DNA of 64,000 nt, from contig CM022667.1 of assembly GCA_012295275.1 (NCBI GenBank), positions 14,942,001 to 15,006,000 on the forward strand, read 5' to 3'. Both the position numbers and the translations under genes were made by a program. This document shows positions 1-15,046 of this stretch, piece by piece. The notes beneath the pieces are model-generated. The model was not told the origin of the DNA and searched no databases. It worked only from the letters and a program-made list of their open reading frames with translations. The DNA is from Chrysomallon squamiferum. Lineage: Eukaryota; Animalia; Mollusca. Every line of letters starts with the position of its first letter. The first letter of the stretch is position 1.

Positions 1-220
1 AAATGAGAATCTATAACCCACAGAAAATTAATTATACTTTGACTTATCAGGGTGTATGTATGTCTGTGTGTGTGTGTGTGTGTATGTGTGTGTGTGTAAG
101 GGTTTTAATATTTACCTAATTATATATTCATTAATATGTTTCTCGTTGTTTGTGCTGACCTTCACTGCTGTTAACAATATTTTTTATAAAATATTTTAAC
201 ACTCGCTTTTCTCCTTCACA

Positions 221-255
221 ACCGGAAGTGTGACGTCATCGCATACATGGCGGGC
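221..255 (+). promoter_or_regulatory. Candidate promoter cluster: ETS site, CRE, YY1-like motif
   Basis: ACCGGAAGTG (221-230) is followed directly by TGACGTCA (231-238) and ACATGGCGG (~246-254), in a CpG-containing patch of AT-rich DNA. No linked gene was identified. Confidence 0.45.
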
Positions 256-524
256 AGACTGCTTTGCTATTGTTATTTCTCATAACACTACAAAGAAATT
301 TCAGAGATAATCGGTCGTTTGTGGTAAATAGCTGAACAGAAATACATTAGATGGAATACTGAACAGTGAATAAACCAAATGATTATAAACTGATCGATAT
401 ATCGGTCAGATAATGGGTATTTGGTGAATAGATAATTGTTCTGCAGTCAGATATAGAGCTTTTAAAGAGTTCGTTTATTTAACATACACAGTATTTTTCA
501 TCATCTCATAATCTACATGCTGCT

Positions 525-1045
525 GCTAATACTATTACTTCTACTACCACTATTACTCTATTACTACTACTACTGCTCTACTATTACTACTACTGTTAAT
601 ACTAGTACTACTACTAATACAACTATTACCTGTTGTACTATAGTTGTTACTACTACTACTACTATTACAAGTAATACAACTAATACTACAACTATTACTA
701 CTACTATTACTATTATTACCACTAATACTACAACTATTACTACTACTATTACTATTATTACCACTATTATTACTACTGTAACTATCATTAGTATCATTAC
801 TACAACTGCTACGACTACGACTCCTTCTATCAACACTGTTGCAAGAGCTAAAACAACAACAACTACTACTACTACTATTACTTCAGCCACGACAACCATC
901 ATCACTACTACGAATAAACTATTACCACTACGACGACCATCATTCACGGTATCGCCTTCACTATTACAACAATAGAAATCTCATATCCATTACAACTACA
1001 ACAACGACAGCTATAACGTCAGCTATCACGACTGCACAGACTAAG
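525..1045. repeat. Degenerate (ACT/ATT/ACA)n trinucleotide microsatellite
   Basis: Visible tactactac/attatt runs; these explain the poly-T/V/L ORFs. Confidence 0.9.
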
Positions 1046-1329
1046 TAGTCGATTAGGCGATTTTGCCACAGTAATCAGGTATACGTAACAAGCTCACATC
1101 GATTTTTCAAAATCGATCGGGTACGGTAATTCAGCTGGGACAAAGGTAAATCGATTGCCATTTCTCATTACGAAAACTTACTGGATTATCAGCAGCTGAG
1201 TTTTACAACTTTAATCAAATGAGTGTCCAATTTTTAAAATGTCAGAGATGAAAAAAAAAAAAAGTAAAAAGAAAAATAAATTAAAAGAAATGAATAAAAG
1301 TACAAAATCAAATTTAAAAAACAGAAGAA

Positions 1330-1330
<1 letters not shown>

Positions 1331-1423
<93 letters not shown>
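1331..1423. repeat. (GT)n(GA)n compound microsatellite
   Basis: Read directly from the sequence. Confidence 0.95.
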
Positions 1424-1426
<3 letters not shown>

Positions 1427-2307
1427 CGCTTTTTAATTAATAATATTAAGAAAAAGTAATGTCAGTTAACAATACGATTAAAAGAAAACTAGTATTTCTG
1501 CCTCTGTCGTCATATACACACGCACAATCACGCGCACACGCACACATAAACATCAACATACATCTATACATACATACATACATACAAAAACATACATTCA
1601 TTCATTCATTCATTCATTGATATATAAAAATTCTCTTACATTTACTTGTGTTAACAAACACAAACCTTTACACATAGAACCAGGTATATTAGACATAACA
1701 GCAGATAAAAGTAACTAAGTATGATTATCACGTTAATAAAAACATAACTGCAAAACATAAAACGACAAAAAGATCAGACAGCATTCTTTACTAACCAGTT
1801 CTGCAAAACGTAAATTCATTTAAAATGTAACTGTATCCGTCATTTCATTGGTATTGGGGATGAAAGACGGGGGGGGGGGGGGTGGGGTCAACCACCTATA
1901 CCCAAAGGTAAAAGCGCGTATGGCCACAGTATATTATGATTACAATTGTATAAATGTAAACAAGCACAAAAAAAAAAAAAAAATAATAATAAAAAAATAA
2001 TAATAATAATAATAAAATAAAAAAATTATAACATGGGTTTGACGTCCTTTGACAGAGATTAAAGGCAGATGTACTAAAGATTATTTACTAATTTTCCGTC
2101 TGGTTTAAATATAAATTATCAGTTAGTTATCATGCAGGAACTAAATATAAATTAAGTTACAGAATTAGCAACGATAATGAACGAGACCATTATGTACTAG
2201 AAAAGAAACGACTACTAGAATAATACTAATTATAAGAATCATGATGATGATGAGAGACATTGACTGAATTTGTCAGATAAAAATAAGAAATTTAAATTAA
2301 GGGACCG

Positions 2308-2350
<43 letters not shown>

Positions 2351-2400
2351 GACCTTTATGTACTTGAAAATAAACGACTACTAGAATGATGATGATGATG

Positions 2401-2486
<86 letters not shown>

Positions 2487-2548
2487 CATGATGAGAAATA
2501 TCGACCGAATTTGTCAAATAAAAATAAGAAAGTTAAATGAAGGGACCG

Positions 2549-2639
<91 letters not shown>

Positions 2640-3065
2640 TTATATAAAGACAAGCCAGCCAGCAAGCACGCACACCCACACTCACATACTCACGCACTTA
2701 TTAATCTACTGAGGTAGGCAGAGTGAGTTTTGATTTTTAATTTGCCACTGATTACTTTCTGTTCGATATTTCTTACAAATATACCACCAGTCCTGTTTCC
2801 AAACGTCGACAATAAACAGCTATGTTTGAATTCAGATAAGAAAACTACAAAGTCGTCGTATTTTTTTTTTTTTTTGTTTGATGTTACGGTCACACCATCG
2901 GGCCAGAAACAATAAAGCTGTCGTCGTCTGCTTGATGACGTCATTATCTTTCTGAGATGCCTGATAAGGTCACGTGATCGAGGTTGTCCGTGACCATTGT
3001 CATTGCGTTTGTTCATGTAGCCATTCGCATCCAAGGACGACGTAAGATTGGGGATATCAATACTG

Positions 3066-3272
3066 CTGATATCAAAGAATATTAATATTGCTGATATCAA
3101 AGAATATTAATACTGCTGATATCAAAGAATATTAATATTGCTGATATCAAAGGATATTAATATTGCTGATATCAAAGGATATTAATACTGCTGATATCAA
3201 AGAATATTAATATTGCTGATATCAAATAATATTAATGCTGCTGATATCAAAGGATATTAATACTGCTGATAC
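3066..3272. repeat. 25-bp minisatellite, 8 full units plus a partial (CTGATATCAAAGAATATTAATATTG)
   Basis: CTGAT recurs at 3066, 3091, 3116, 3141, 3166, 3191, 3216, 3241 and 3266. Confidence 0.95.
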
Positions 3273-4828
3273 CAACGGACGTTCATTTTATTTTCTACTG
3301 GGAAAACAAGAAGTAACGACTCTTTGAATGAAAAATTATGTAGTGCTAGAATTACCGGATATCTGGCACACGATAAACGATAATTAAAAGTTAATGAACG
3401 AGAACTACAGTGATTTCTTTAAACAAATCTTCCACAGGGGGAAAAAAAAAAAAAAAAAAAACCCAACAACTTCCGTGTATAAAGATTAATCAATTTACTT
3501 GTTGAACAAAACGTCTCTGAGCTACAAGAATAAGTCTGTATAAAATAAGAGATTCACGAATGTGGCAAGAACATAATTATCAATATACGCGTGTTTGGTT
3601 GCTCGTGTATGTTTGATTCACGTGTTAGCGCGCGCTCGTGTTTTTATGTATGTATGCATAAGTGTGAAAAGACAGATACTATTTATCTCTACGGTTTTAT
3701 ATGTATCGAAGAGGATTCATTATGTTAAGGTTTATTAAATCATTTGTTTACGTTGATCGATAAGCTGAAAGTATAACTATACTATAAAATAGTAATTTAG
3801 TTCCGTATATACTGTAAGTATACAGTTATGCTCTTATGTCGGTAATAGTATTAAGTATATACCGTTATATTCAGTGTATTATATACTCTTAGGTTTCTAT
3901 CAAGAAAATAATTGTGCTATTTAGTACATAACAAAATTATGCTTTATTTAGTTTATATTAGAACTATATACATGTAGATATAAATATGTGTGTGTGTGTG
4001 TGTGTGTGTGTGTTTGTGTGTGTTTGTTTGTTTATGTATATATGATATTAAGTATCTAATATAAAATTAATATTGAATATCTAATGTAAGTTTATGTATG
4101 TATAACAACAATAATAATGACAATAATATAATTAGGCAACAACGACATCAATAATAATGACGACAATGAAGATGATGATGATATTATACATTAGCAGTAT
4201 GAATGGATGGATGAAACAATAAGCTAATAAACATATAAAAGAAAAAAAGAATGAAAGGAAAAAGAAAATAATTAATGTATGAATAAACAAAATAAATATT
4301 GAATGAATGAACGAAAAAATAAACACATAAATGAATGGAATTATGAACGAACGAAAAAAACGAGCGAATGAACAAAAACGATAAAAGAACTAAATCAATG
4401 AAACGAATACATAAATGAACGAAAGCAATAACAAACGAATTAACAACTGGATAAATGGAATAATAAAATAATGAAAGAACGAACGAAATATTAACTATGT
4501 GAATGAACTGTGGTCGTCCAGTGATATAAGAAACATTTTTACCGTTAACTATTTTCATGCATCAGATATATTGTTTGATTTCGTTGTAACACAAATAATA
4601 AACCTGACAGTTTTTCAAGACGGAGTCGCTAATTCTTTGGCAGCAAGCGGGGTGTTTGGTTAATGATAAACTCTCTCATAAACAGGAAAACACATACTAT
4701 AATCTCTGATAAACAAATCGTTGGGCACTGACAGTTGTTTTATTTTTTACTGATTTAATTATTTTAAAGAATTCGAGTCCACGTGAAAAATTTGGTAGAA
4801 CAAATTTTGGGAAAATAGGAACGTTTTT

Positions 4829-4935
<107 letters not shown>

Positions 4936-6363
4936 AGTATTGAAAATGCACTTATTACTTATTATCAACGTAAACAGGTAGATATTGATATTTTAAAAAT
5001 CTATTTGTATTTCTATAGTATTCTGAATCCCTTTATTTCATATATATATATATATATGCATATATGTGTATGTGTGTGCGTGTGTGTGAAAAAAAAAATC
5101 ATATATGTTCGATATTTCTTAATTTAAATTCTGTGTGATATAATAATACTTTCAAAAGAATAATTATATACGATCAGACCCATTTCTTTGACTTATAAAC
5201 AAGTCATCTAAAATACATCAGTATTAATAATCATGTGAAAAGTAATGTTCAAGATAATTTTGTTTGAAGGAAAAGAACATTTTTTTCTTAATTTAATCTT
5301 TTTAATTTTTTTTTTTTACTATTATTATTATTATTATTTTTTTTTTTTTCGATACCGAAGTAAATAGAAAAAGAAAAGGAAAATATTATTCGCAATGGTA
5401 CGCTAGCTATATTTAGACAAACAAAGACACACACAGACACACACACATATACATATATATATATATATATATCCACACACACACACACACACAGATACAA
5501 ACAGAAATAGATAATTCATAAGATATATATTGTCTTTAACTGTACATTTTTATTATCTGTTATCCGACTTGACTTTTTAAATAAGGAAAAAAAAAATCAT
5601 AAATAAATAATAATTTCAAACAAAAACAAAACATACACAAAAAAAATTATAATTGGATTCTTAGACGTCCTGACATCAAATAAACACAATCAATACTACG
5701 TGACTTGTCAATTATTCGAAACGAAAGCAGACGAAAATAATCCATAAAAAAAAATACAGTCCACTTACCAGTCTACTTGAACGAAAGCCGTGATTGTGTT
5801 CTTTCAGAAAGATGACACTATCTTGGAAAGATTTAGTTGAGTAAGAAAAACGTCTCCAACTTCACACACACTACGAACATGGACTCCGCATGTCAGTTGA
5901 CTTGTGGCATTAATTAGCGATCCGTGTTTTCGATGTTAAGACGAGTCTGAGGAAAACACAACAAACGTCTCTCGCAGACGGACAAAAGTCAGTCTAGTTG
6001 TTCGTGCGCACGGCAAAGCACTGCTGGTTAATCTACCGGCCACGGATTTCCAAGTACGCTTCGTCAAAGCCTGTCATTAATCACCATGGAAACGCGAGCG
6101 TGATGAGTGCCCAGGTGAAAAGAGAGGAAGCAGGTATATAAGTGGAAAATATTATTGAATAACAGGTCTAATGATAAAACGAGTGAGAGGGAGAGAGAGA
6201 GAAAAATAAAGAAAAATGGTGGAGGTTTGGTGTTTCAGCATTGCCTCGCTTTGTTTTGACCTTCAAAGATAAGGCGACACGAACAACGTCAGATTTTTCT
6301 TCTTTTTCTTTTTTTAGTTATTGATTAATCTGAATCGACTGGTTCCACGCGTTGTGTACAGAT

Positions 6364-6434
<71 letters not shown>

Positions 6435-7173
6435 ATGAGATGAGAAACATATAATGATGATGATAAAAACAACTATAACAACAACAACAGCAATAATAAC
6501 ATTAATAATTATGACAATAATGAAAATAATAACAACAGTAATGTTGACGATGTTGATAATAATGACAGCAACAACAGTAGTAGTAATAGTAGTAGTAGGA
6601 GTAGTTGTTGTTGTTGGAGTAATAATAGAAACAGTTGTAATATGTACTGTGTTCACCATGCTAATAAAACATTAATAAAATATTAATAATTATTAATAAT
6701 AATAAGAAAATTTTCTCAGTAAGAAAACCAATAACTGAATAAAGCAAACAATTAAATATAAATAAATATATAATATTATGCAAAAATAAATGAAACAACA
6801 AATGCAACAATAACAACAGCAACAACAACAACAACAACAACAATGCGTACTTACGTGACAACCTTTACAGTAAAACCGAAAAAGAAAGAATTGCGTAATT
6901 TGATTATGACGTAATGAGTGACCGCAACTATAATGAAAAATGACTACTATGACGTAACTATAATGAAAAAGAATGAAGATACTGTTATCTTTTCAGTATT
7001 TATTTTCTACTATTAAATTACCCTTCCAAGAAAAAAAAAAAACCACCCCCAAAACAACAAAAACAAAAAACAAAAAAAACAAAAACATGAAGATAGATAG
7101 ATAAATAAATAAATAAATAAATAAAGAGATTCAAGATAAAAATGTTTAGTTTAGTCGATTTTACTTTAATGGA

Positions 7174-7237
<64 letters not shown>

Positions 7238-7589
7238 AAATCAATAAATCAATAAATAAAGAAAGAAAAAACAAATCTAATCAATACCTATTGAAGAAAT
7301 TATTTACCAGAATCTGCCAGGAAGTGGTGAATCGAAAGAATTGGCCACTCCTTGTCTTATCCATCCCCATAAACACTTTTTCATTTGATGTGGAAACTAG
7401 TTATCATTATTTCACGTCTCATACGGGTATGTCTTTGATGGTTACCTGGTTGGAACGACACCCGCTTTAGTCGGCAAGGGTAGATCTTGAAATTAATATA
7501 ATTATCTTGAATATTGGGACAGTTAGTTTCTGGTTATTAATTTAATCTGTAATATACACTTGATGTGTATTGATTCGAGATTCGTTTTT

Positions 7590-7650
<61 letters not shown>

Positions 7651-7666
7651 TAACAACAACAATAAC

Positions 7667-7713
<47 letters not shown>

Positions 7714-7976
7714 TAATAATAACGATCATGATGATGATAGCTTGTGGTAGCAGTAGCAGTTGCTATAGTATTGACATTACTACTATATATAATTTTATTT
7801 ATTTACTTATAGCCTACTTTTTTTTTTTTTTTTTTTTTTCATCATTACATCTGCCTGTTTGTATGGTCTTTTCTATTATTACTTTTTCATGTCTGTCTTT
7901 ACGTTTATTTCTCTCTGTCCATTAGTCTGTATAGCTTCTTCTTCTTTTCTTTTTTTTTTCTGTTTTTAATAATGTG

Positions 7977-8007
<31 letters not shown>

Positions 8008-8763
8008 ATCTATTTACTTCTTTCTTTCTTTATTTATTCATTTATGTATTTACTGCGAACTAATTTCTCTGTAAACATAAGCTTACTGTTTTATTTTCCA
8101 CGTTGATTTTATGACTGTTTCCAGTTGCTGTCAAGCCACGCTGATACCATCTTGTAATATTAGATTATCAAACATATCTCACCAGGACAGATACAGAGGG
8201 TGCCTCTTCCTAGCTTAACCAGTTTGTTTAAATCGGCTGTATGAAGAGAACATGGTAATGGCTGCTCGCACTTTTATGAAATTCAGTTTTTTTACATTTT
8301 GAATTTATTTTATCTGCGTCTTTCTGTGTCTCTGTTTTTCTGTCTGTCTGTATATCCTACCTGATGTCTGTCTGTGTGTTATAAACTTTTTTTTCTGCTG
8401 TGTGTCCGTCTGTATTTCTGTATGTTCGGCCTTTCCTACTATTTGCCTCTTAACCGATAGGCGTATGTGTATAAAACATTCTATTATTTATAATAAGCTA
8501 ATATATAACTGTCTGTTATAGATTAGTTTATATCGATTATTTTATTTTAATTTATAATTTTAATATATGGCTGATTCTTTCATTGTACTATGTTAGAAAT
8601 AATAATAAATTATTACGGCATATTTGTATAAATCTTACTCTTTATAAACAAACACTGTAAAAAAAAAAAAAAAAAAAAACAACAACAACAACAGCAACAT
8701 TGATTACATTAAATCGTGCAGTGTAAATGCGTCTTTAATAGTTCCAGACTTTGTTTAGTCTAA

Positions 8764-8797
<34 letters not shown>

Positions 8798-9539
8798 ATA
8801 TGGAACGAACCCCGTAACTTTTATAATTGTTTTGATTTGTTTTATCCATCAACAGGCTACAGAATTAAATTACTCTGTTCGGGAATTTTGAAAACTAACT
8901 TGTTGAATTGCCGTCAATTTGTTTGACTGTCCTCACAGAACCTTGACCTATTTTCATTTACAACTACGCGAAAACATTCAGTATTGTTTTTTTTTTTTTT
9001 TTTTTTTTTTTTTTTCTTCGTTCCATCCTTCCCACCCCTGTTTAGAATAATGGAACCATCCCGAGTCAACGGTATTTATATAACGTTTTTTTTTATTTTA
9101 TTTTTTATTTTACCGAGCTTTTAGCAAAATGAATTGTGGATAAAAAAAGAAAATGGTTCAAAAGAGTAAGATAAATACCCAAATGACATATCGATACTGA
9201 CGTTACTTATCCTTAGATCAGCCTATTCATAATGAAATTAATTCTTTCGATGTAACTTAATTGCACTATTCAATTTTTTTCTTTTTAAATCTAAATAAGA
9301 TTCTCATTATTGACATAAAAATCGACGCTGCACAGCCTGAATGTAAACAAATCGTAACGGATGGACACAGGTTCAGATAAACAGACTAAAAACCCAGTAA
9401 AAACGAGTAAATGTTTGCACAGTGGTTCATTGCATAATAACTGATTATTAATGAAACGGCCAAAATTGTTGCTGTTCTATGTAGATAAAAGATACTAGAC
9501 TGTACAAATTCGTGAATCGTTATACGGCTATTTTGGGGT

Positions 9540-9593
<54 letters not shown>

Positions 9594-9712
9594 GACTGTG
9601 TATTTATTTTGTCTCGTTTTCTTTTTCTTTTTTTGTTCTCTCTCAATGTCTTTGTTTTTTTCTTCGTTTTTTTTTTCTTCTTTTTATCGCTATCATACAC
9701 GCATTTATTTTT

Positions 9713-9786
<74 letters not shown>

Positions 9787-10304
9787 CGCACCATTCTGTT
9801 AATCCGTGTTGGACTGTATACGTACACAACTCTATAACCTTGACGACACCAGATCTCTTCAATATCGCTTACCTTTGCATTAGGACTACAAAACATGGCT
9901 ATTAGCGAATATGAATCAAACAAAACCGTCAGCGAGAAGAATGACAGCTTAAATCGATGGGAGATTCAATAATCAGAGCGGATCCAAGATTTTAGAACAA
10001 GGGGGATAGGGGGTACATTAATATACTGTACTGCATGTAAACTGCGAAGATATAGTTAATTTTATTACTGAAGATATGAAGAGAGAGGTCAGACAGAAGT
10101 GAAGGGAGCGCAGTGTGTGTAATAGATAATGCACTAAGTGAACTGTTTATCATTGTGCATTTCACTGATTTGCTGTTATGTTGAGAGACCATTAAAACAT
10201 TTTTGAGTAATATCGATTGATCTTATTTCCTCTGTGTTGCAGTTGTTGAGTTGCTTGTTGTTGTTGTGGTTGTTATTAAATCGTTAATTTCTTCTTTTAA
10301 GAAG

Positions 10305-10338
10305 ATCAACAACAACAACAACAACAACATTTAGAACA

Positions 10339-10389
<51 letters not shown>

Positions 10390-10870
10390 GAAGAAGAAGA
10401 TCATCAACAACGGCTACAACAATAGCTGTAGTAGTAGTAGCCGCAGCAGCTACAGCTCTAATAATAATAGTAGTAGTTGTAGTTGTAGTAGTACTAGAAG
10501 TAATAGTAATAGTATAGTAGTAATATAAAACTAGAGTAGTCGTATAGAATTAGTTGCAGCTGTAGTAATAGTAATAAGACTTAGTAGTTTTGGTAGTAGT
10601 AGTAGTAGCAATATTAGTAGTAGTAGTATTAATATAGTAGTAATAGTAATAGTAAAGTAGTAGTATAGAATTTATAGTATCAGTAGTAGTAGTAGTATGC
10701 TAATACTTACAGTACTAGCAGTAATAGTAGTGAAATAGTTGTAGTAGCAGATGCACCAGAAAAAGCTGCAGCATTAGTAGTAATAGTAGTAGTAGAATTA
10801 GTAGTATAATGGGAGTGGTTGTGTTGGTGGTAATAATGGTAATACTAGCAGCAGTACTAGTAGTAGTACT
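10305..10870. repeat. (AAC)n/(AAT)n/degenerate (AGT)n microsatellite block
   Basis: Read directly from the sequence. Confidence 0.9.
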
Positions 10871-11192
10871 GGCAGTTTCAACAGAAATGGGAACGCATAA
10901 TTAAGTATATAATTATTCAAGGTAAAATATTAAATGAAATAATATTTTCTAGGTGTAACTGAAAGGGGTTTATGAAATAGAGCTTTAAAGTTAAAGCTGA
11001 ATGTAAATAAAATTGGCAGAGAAACGGACAGAAAGAGAAAGAGTTTGGCGGCTGCGGAAATATCGAGCGTCTTCGGTTAATTCCGTCAGGACGGAAAGAG
11101 TTGCCGGGACTGATGTTTGAATAATACGATGATAGTGATTGTCGTAATAGCAGTGATTATTGTTGTTGTGGTTGTGGTTGTTGTTGTTGTTG

Positions 11193-11239
<47 letters not shown>

Positions 11240-11398
11240 TATTAAATTTATTTATTTACTGAATTTTATTTTCCTTTTTAGTTCTTGTTTTCAGCAATAT
11301 GAAACGTACTTGGAACTTAACAGCACAAATACATCTATAAAGACTACGCCATCATAATCGAAGTATTCCATTCTGAACTGGAAGCCACAACGTCACTG

Positions 11399-11440
<42 letters not shown>

Positions 11441-11595
11441 TTTATTTTTATTATTTGTGTGTGTGCTTGTATATTTGAATGTATAAATAGATCGCGATAG
11501 ACTGATAAATAGATAGGTATTAGGTAGATAAATACATAAATATTGATAGACACAAACAGATACACAGACAGGATAATATTTTTCGTATAACTTAC

Positions 11596-11739
11596 TTTTG
11601 TCGAGGAAGACACACACGGTTTTACAAACATGTTGAGGTTTTTCAGCGAGTCGGAAGTGACTGGGTGTGGTGGGAACACGTCAGCGTGGGAGTCGTCTGA
11701 CAACAACGTCGTCGTCATGTTCAGATCTGATTCGGCCAT
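11596..11739 (-). CDS. Possible coding exon of an unidentified gene ([48 protein letters not shown])
   Basis: Non-repetitive GC-richer island with an open frame from ATG to a perfect GTAAGT donor at 11595. No family recognised. Confidence 0.35.
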
Positions 11740-12035
11740 CACCAGACTTGGCTTCCAGCCAAAGTATTTTCAACTACCAGGGTGAGACTCTGTGTGCGTG
11801 TGTGTGCGTGCGCGCGTGTGTGTCTGTGTGTGTATGTGTGGGTGTGTGTGTTTGTGTGCGTGTGTGTGCGTGTGTGTGTGTGTCTGTGTGTATCTGTGTG
11901 TGTGTCTCTGTGTGTGTATGTGTGTGTGTGTGTGTGTGTGTTTGTGTGTGTCTCTGTGTGTGTGTGTCTGTGTGTGTGTGTGTCAGAGAGAGAGAGAGAG
12001 AGAGAGAATTACAATATAACGCCCATCTAATTTAC

Positions 12036-12680
12036 TAAATTCTACAGTGAGAGAAATGTGTTTTAATTATTTGTTAGTTTATTTATTTAATAAGTTCTAC
12101 AGTGAGAAATGTGTTTTAATTATTTGTTAGTTTATTTATTTAATAAGTTCTACAGTGAGAAATGTGTTTTAATTATTTGTTAGTTTATTTATTTAATAAG
12201 TTCTACAGTGAGAAATATGTTTTAATTATTTGTTTGTTTATTTATTTAATAAGTTCTACAGTGAGAAATGTGTTTTAATTATATGTTTGTTTATTTAATA
12301 AGTTCTACAGTGAGAGAAATGTGTTTTAATTGTATGTTTGTTTATTTATTTAATAAGTTCTACAGTGAGAAATATGTTTTAATTGTATGTTTGTTTATTT
12401 ATTTAATAAGTTCTACAGTGAGAAATGTGTTTTAATTGTATGTTTGTTTATTTATTTAATAAGTTCTACAGTGAGAAATGTGTTTTAATTGTATGTTTAT
12501 TTATTTAATAAGTTCTACAGTGAGAGAAATGTGTTTTAATTGTATGTTTATTTATTTAATAAGTTCTACAGTAAGAGAAATGTGTTATAATTGTATGTTT
12601 ATTTATTTAATAAGTTCTACAGTGAGAAATGTGTTTTAATTGTATGTTTAATTATTTAAGTAATAAGTTCTAGGGTGAGG
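12036..12680. repeat. ~50-bp AT-rich minisatellite (AATAAGTTCTACAGTGAGAAATGTGTTTTAATT...) at the left edge of copy A
   Basis: About a dozen tandem units; same family as 41750-43135 and 43880-44150. Confidence 0.9.
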
Positions 12681-12915
12681 AAGATGTGATTTAAGAATGT
12701 GACTATGACCCAAGTGTCGGGATACCCACTCTCACTTGACTACCCGTCCAGGTATCCCAGGTAAAAACATATGTTACCTGTACATCCAGTTTATTACATT
12801 TATAATCACTTTATAACATTACACAAATAAATATTTGTTACTTGTCATACATAAATATATTATTATGTTTATGTTTTTGTTGTTTTCTTTCTTTTTGTTG
12901 TTGTTGTTGTTGTTG

Positions 12916-12959
<44 letters not shown>

Positions 12960-14326
12960 ATAAATACTTTATTATTTTTATGAACATTTTATTATTAATC
13001 AAAATGCATTGCTTATCTGTGACAATTTCTGTTTGATAGTTATGTGTTAATTTTACCACTGTCTGTAATTTTTCAGAAACGGTAAAACGGTATCACTGTC
13101 TCGTGTAAAGATGAATTAACATTACAGTTGTTTGTAATGTGTTGAATATTAAGTAATATTAATATTTCAGCGATATTGCTAAGATATTATTAACGTGTAT
13201 AACACTATAGTAATGTTACTAATAACTTTAATTTCATAATAATTTTACCTTTTCCTACACAGAATTTCAATTAATAAACAGGAATTTTGTCACAATCAGT
13301 TACTGCACATTTTTCTATCAGAAAATCGAAATAGCTAGAAAGAAAATCAAAATAACCGGATAGTCAGACAATGAACTTTCAAACATTGGTATACTAGTCA
13401 TCTAGTTTATAGTGTATGTGTGTTTAGTGTATGTAGTGTGCGCGTGTGTGTAGTGTAGTGCAGTGTATATGCGAGCGTGCGCGCATGTGTCGAGCTAGCA
13501 AAAACCATTATTGCGTAAAATATTTGTATTTCCGATTTCTGACATTATTGAAATCTACAGTTCAAATTTCTTTCAGTTATTTAAATATTTAATTTAGAAC
13601 AGAAGATCTGAACATTTTTCAGATGAAACTATACAGAAAACATGAACTGAATAAAAAAAAAAACAGCAATGATTTCATTATTTATTAAGCATGTTAACCA
13701 TGTTGAATACATGAAACTAAATCAGGAAATCGTTTGTTTATAGTAATAAGTGGATTACTGCTACAAATACTGAATCAATAGCAATACTATTAGCGTAAAT
13801 ATCTATTTAATCAGAATAATGTTACTGTAAATAACACAGCAAAAACAAAGAACAGATTTTAAGAATTTAAAAACAAAAATATTTGAATGTTAAAATAAAC
13901 TGCGAAAGATATTGGAGATGTATGAACAATATAAAAAAAAACAAGTGGTTCTTATCTTCATCATCTGTTTGTAGAAATAACACATCGACATTGGTAATGT
14001 TTAGATATTTATTTACTTATTTATTATTTTTAATTATTCTGTTATTTTATGATTCCTCACAGTGAAAGTCATTAAAATTCTGCAGCATTTATTTTATTGT
14101 TTTACAACACGGATACATATAAAATATTACAGCATATCAATTTATTCCTTGTTAGTGTTACAACAAACGAACCTCTAGGAATAAAAAAATTGTAATATTA
14201 ATAACCATTAAATATATTTATCGTTTAGTATTCCAAATATTAAAATTAGCGTTAACGTGTTAAATTATAATTTTTTTTTAAATATTATTTTGAAACATTC
14301 AATTAAATAAACTTATAGCAATCAAG

Positions 14327-14977
14327 GGATACCCATTTCTTACACATCCATTTGTCACACACCTTATAACAAAACTGGTATTAGGCGAATGAACAGTTAA
14401 TGAAATGTCTTGGATCCAGTATACAATAATGGACTCATCTTCCCAGTTGTTACACAATCAGCTTAGGAAATAATTAAGTATTTGAACCCTGTAACAATTA
14501 ACAAGAAATCAAAGCATAAAACAACAACATTTAAACAAACCAATTTAAAGCGGTTTAATTATTGGTGATATTGGAACGTTAGTTAATTTCACGGATGGCT
14601 AATCCCAACAAAAACAACAGCTGAAGAAAACCACACTAACCCCACTATCACGTAATCAATCATACCAAGTACTTTGTTAATCTGTTCCCAGTTTTTGAAA
14701 GTGAAAATAAAATGATTTTGTGACAGCCGTAGAGAAAATTTGATGTGGCATTTTATCATAACACAATTTCATAGAAAGCCACTGAAAAGTCAAATTATAT
14801 GTACAAAGAATATAAAATATATAACACATGTGTAGAAATTAATATTAGAAAATATGTACCAAGTAGATAAATATACACATCAAATTCATAAGTAAAGTAA
14901 ATATACAGCTACTAGCTAAAAAAAAAAAAAAGGATTTTTATTTTTGTTTACTCGGAGATATTTTCCTAAGTTTCACC

Positions 14978-15046
<69 letters not shown>

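Noticed and set aside
2690-3100. 136-aa minus-strand ORF
   Set aside because: It starts within the minisatellite, crosses a poly-T run and has no recognisable domain or splice support.
3066-3272. CRISPR-like appearance of the 25-bp and ~50-bp repeats
   Set aside because: Head-to-tail units without unique spacers, no cas genes, eukaryotic context.
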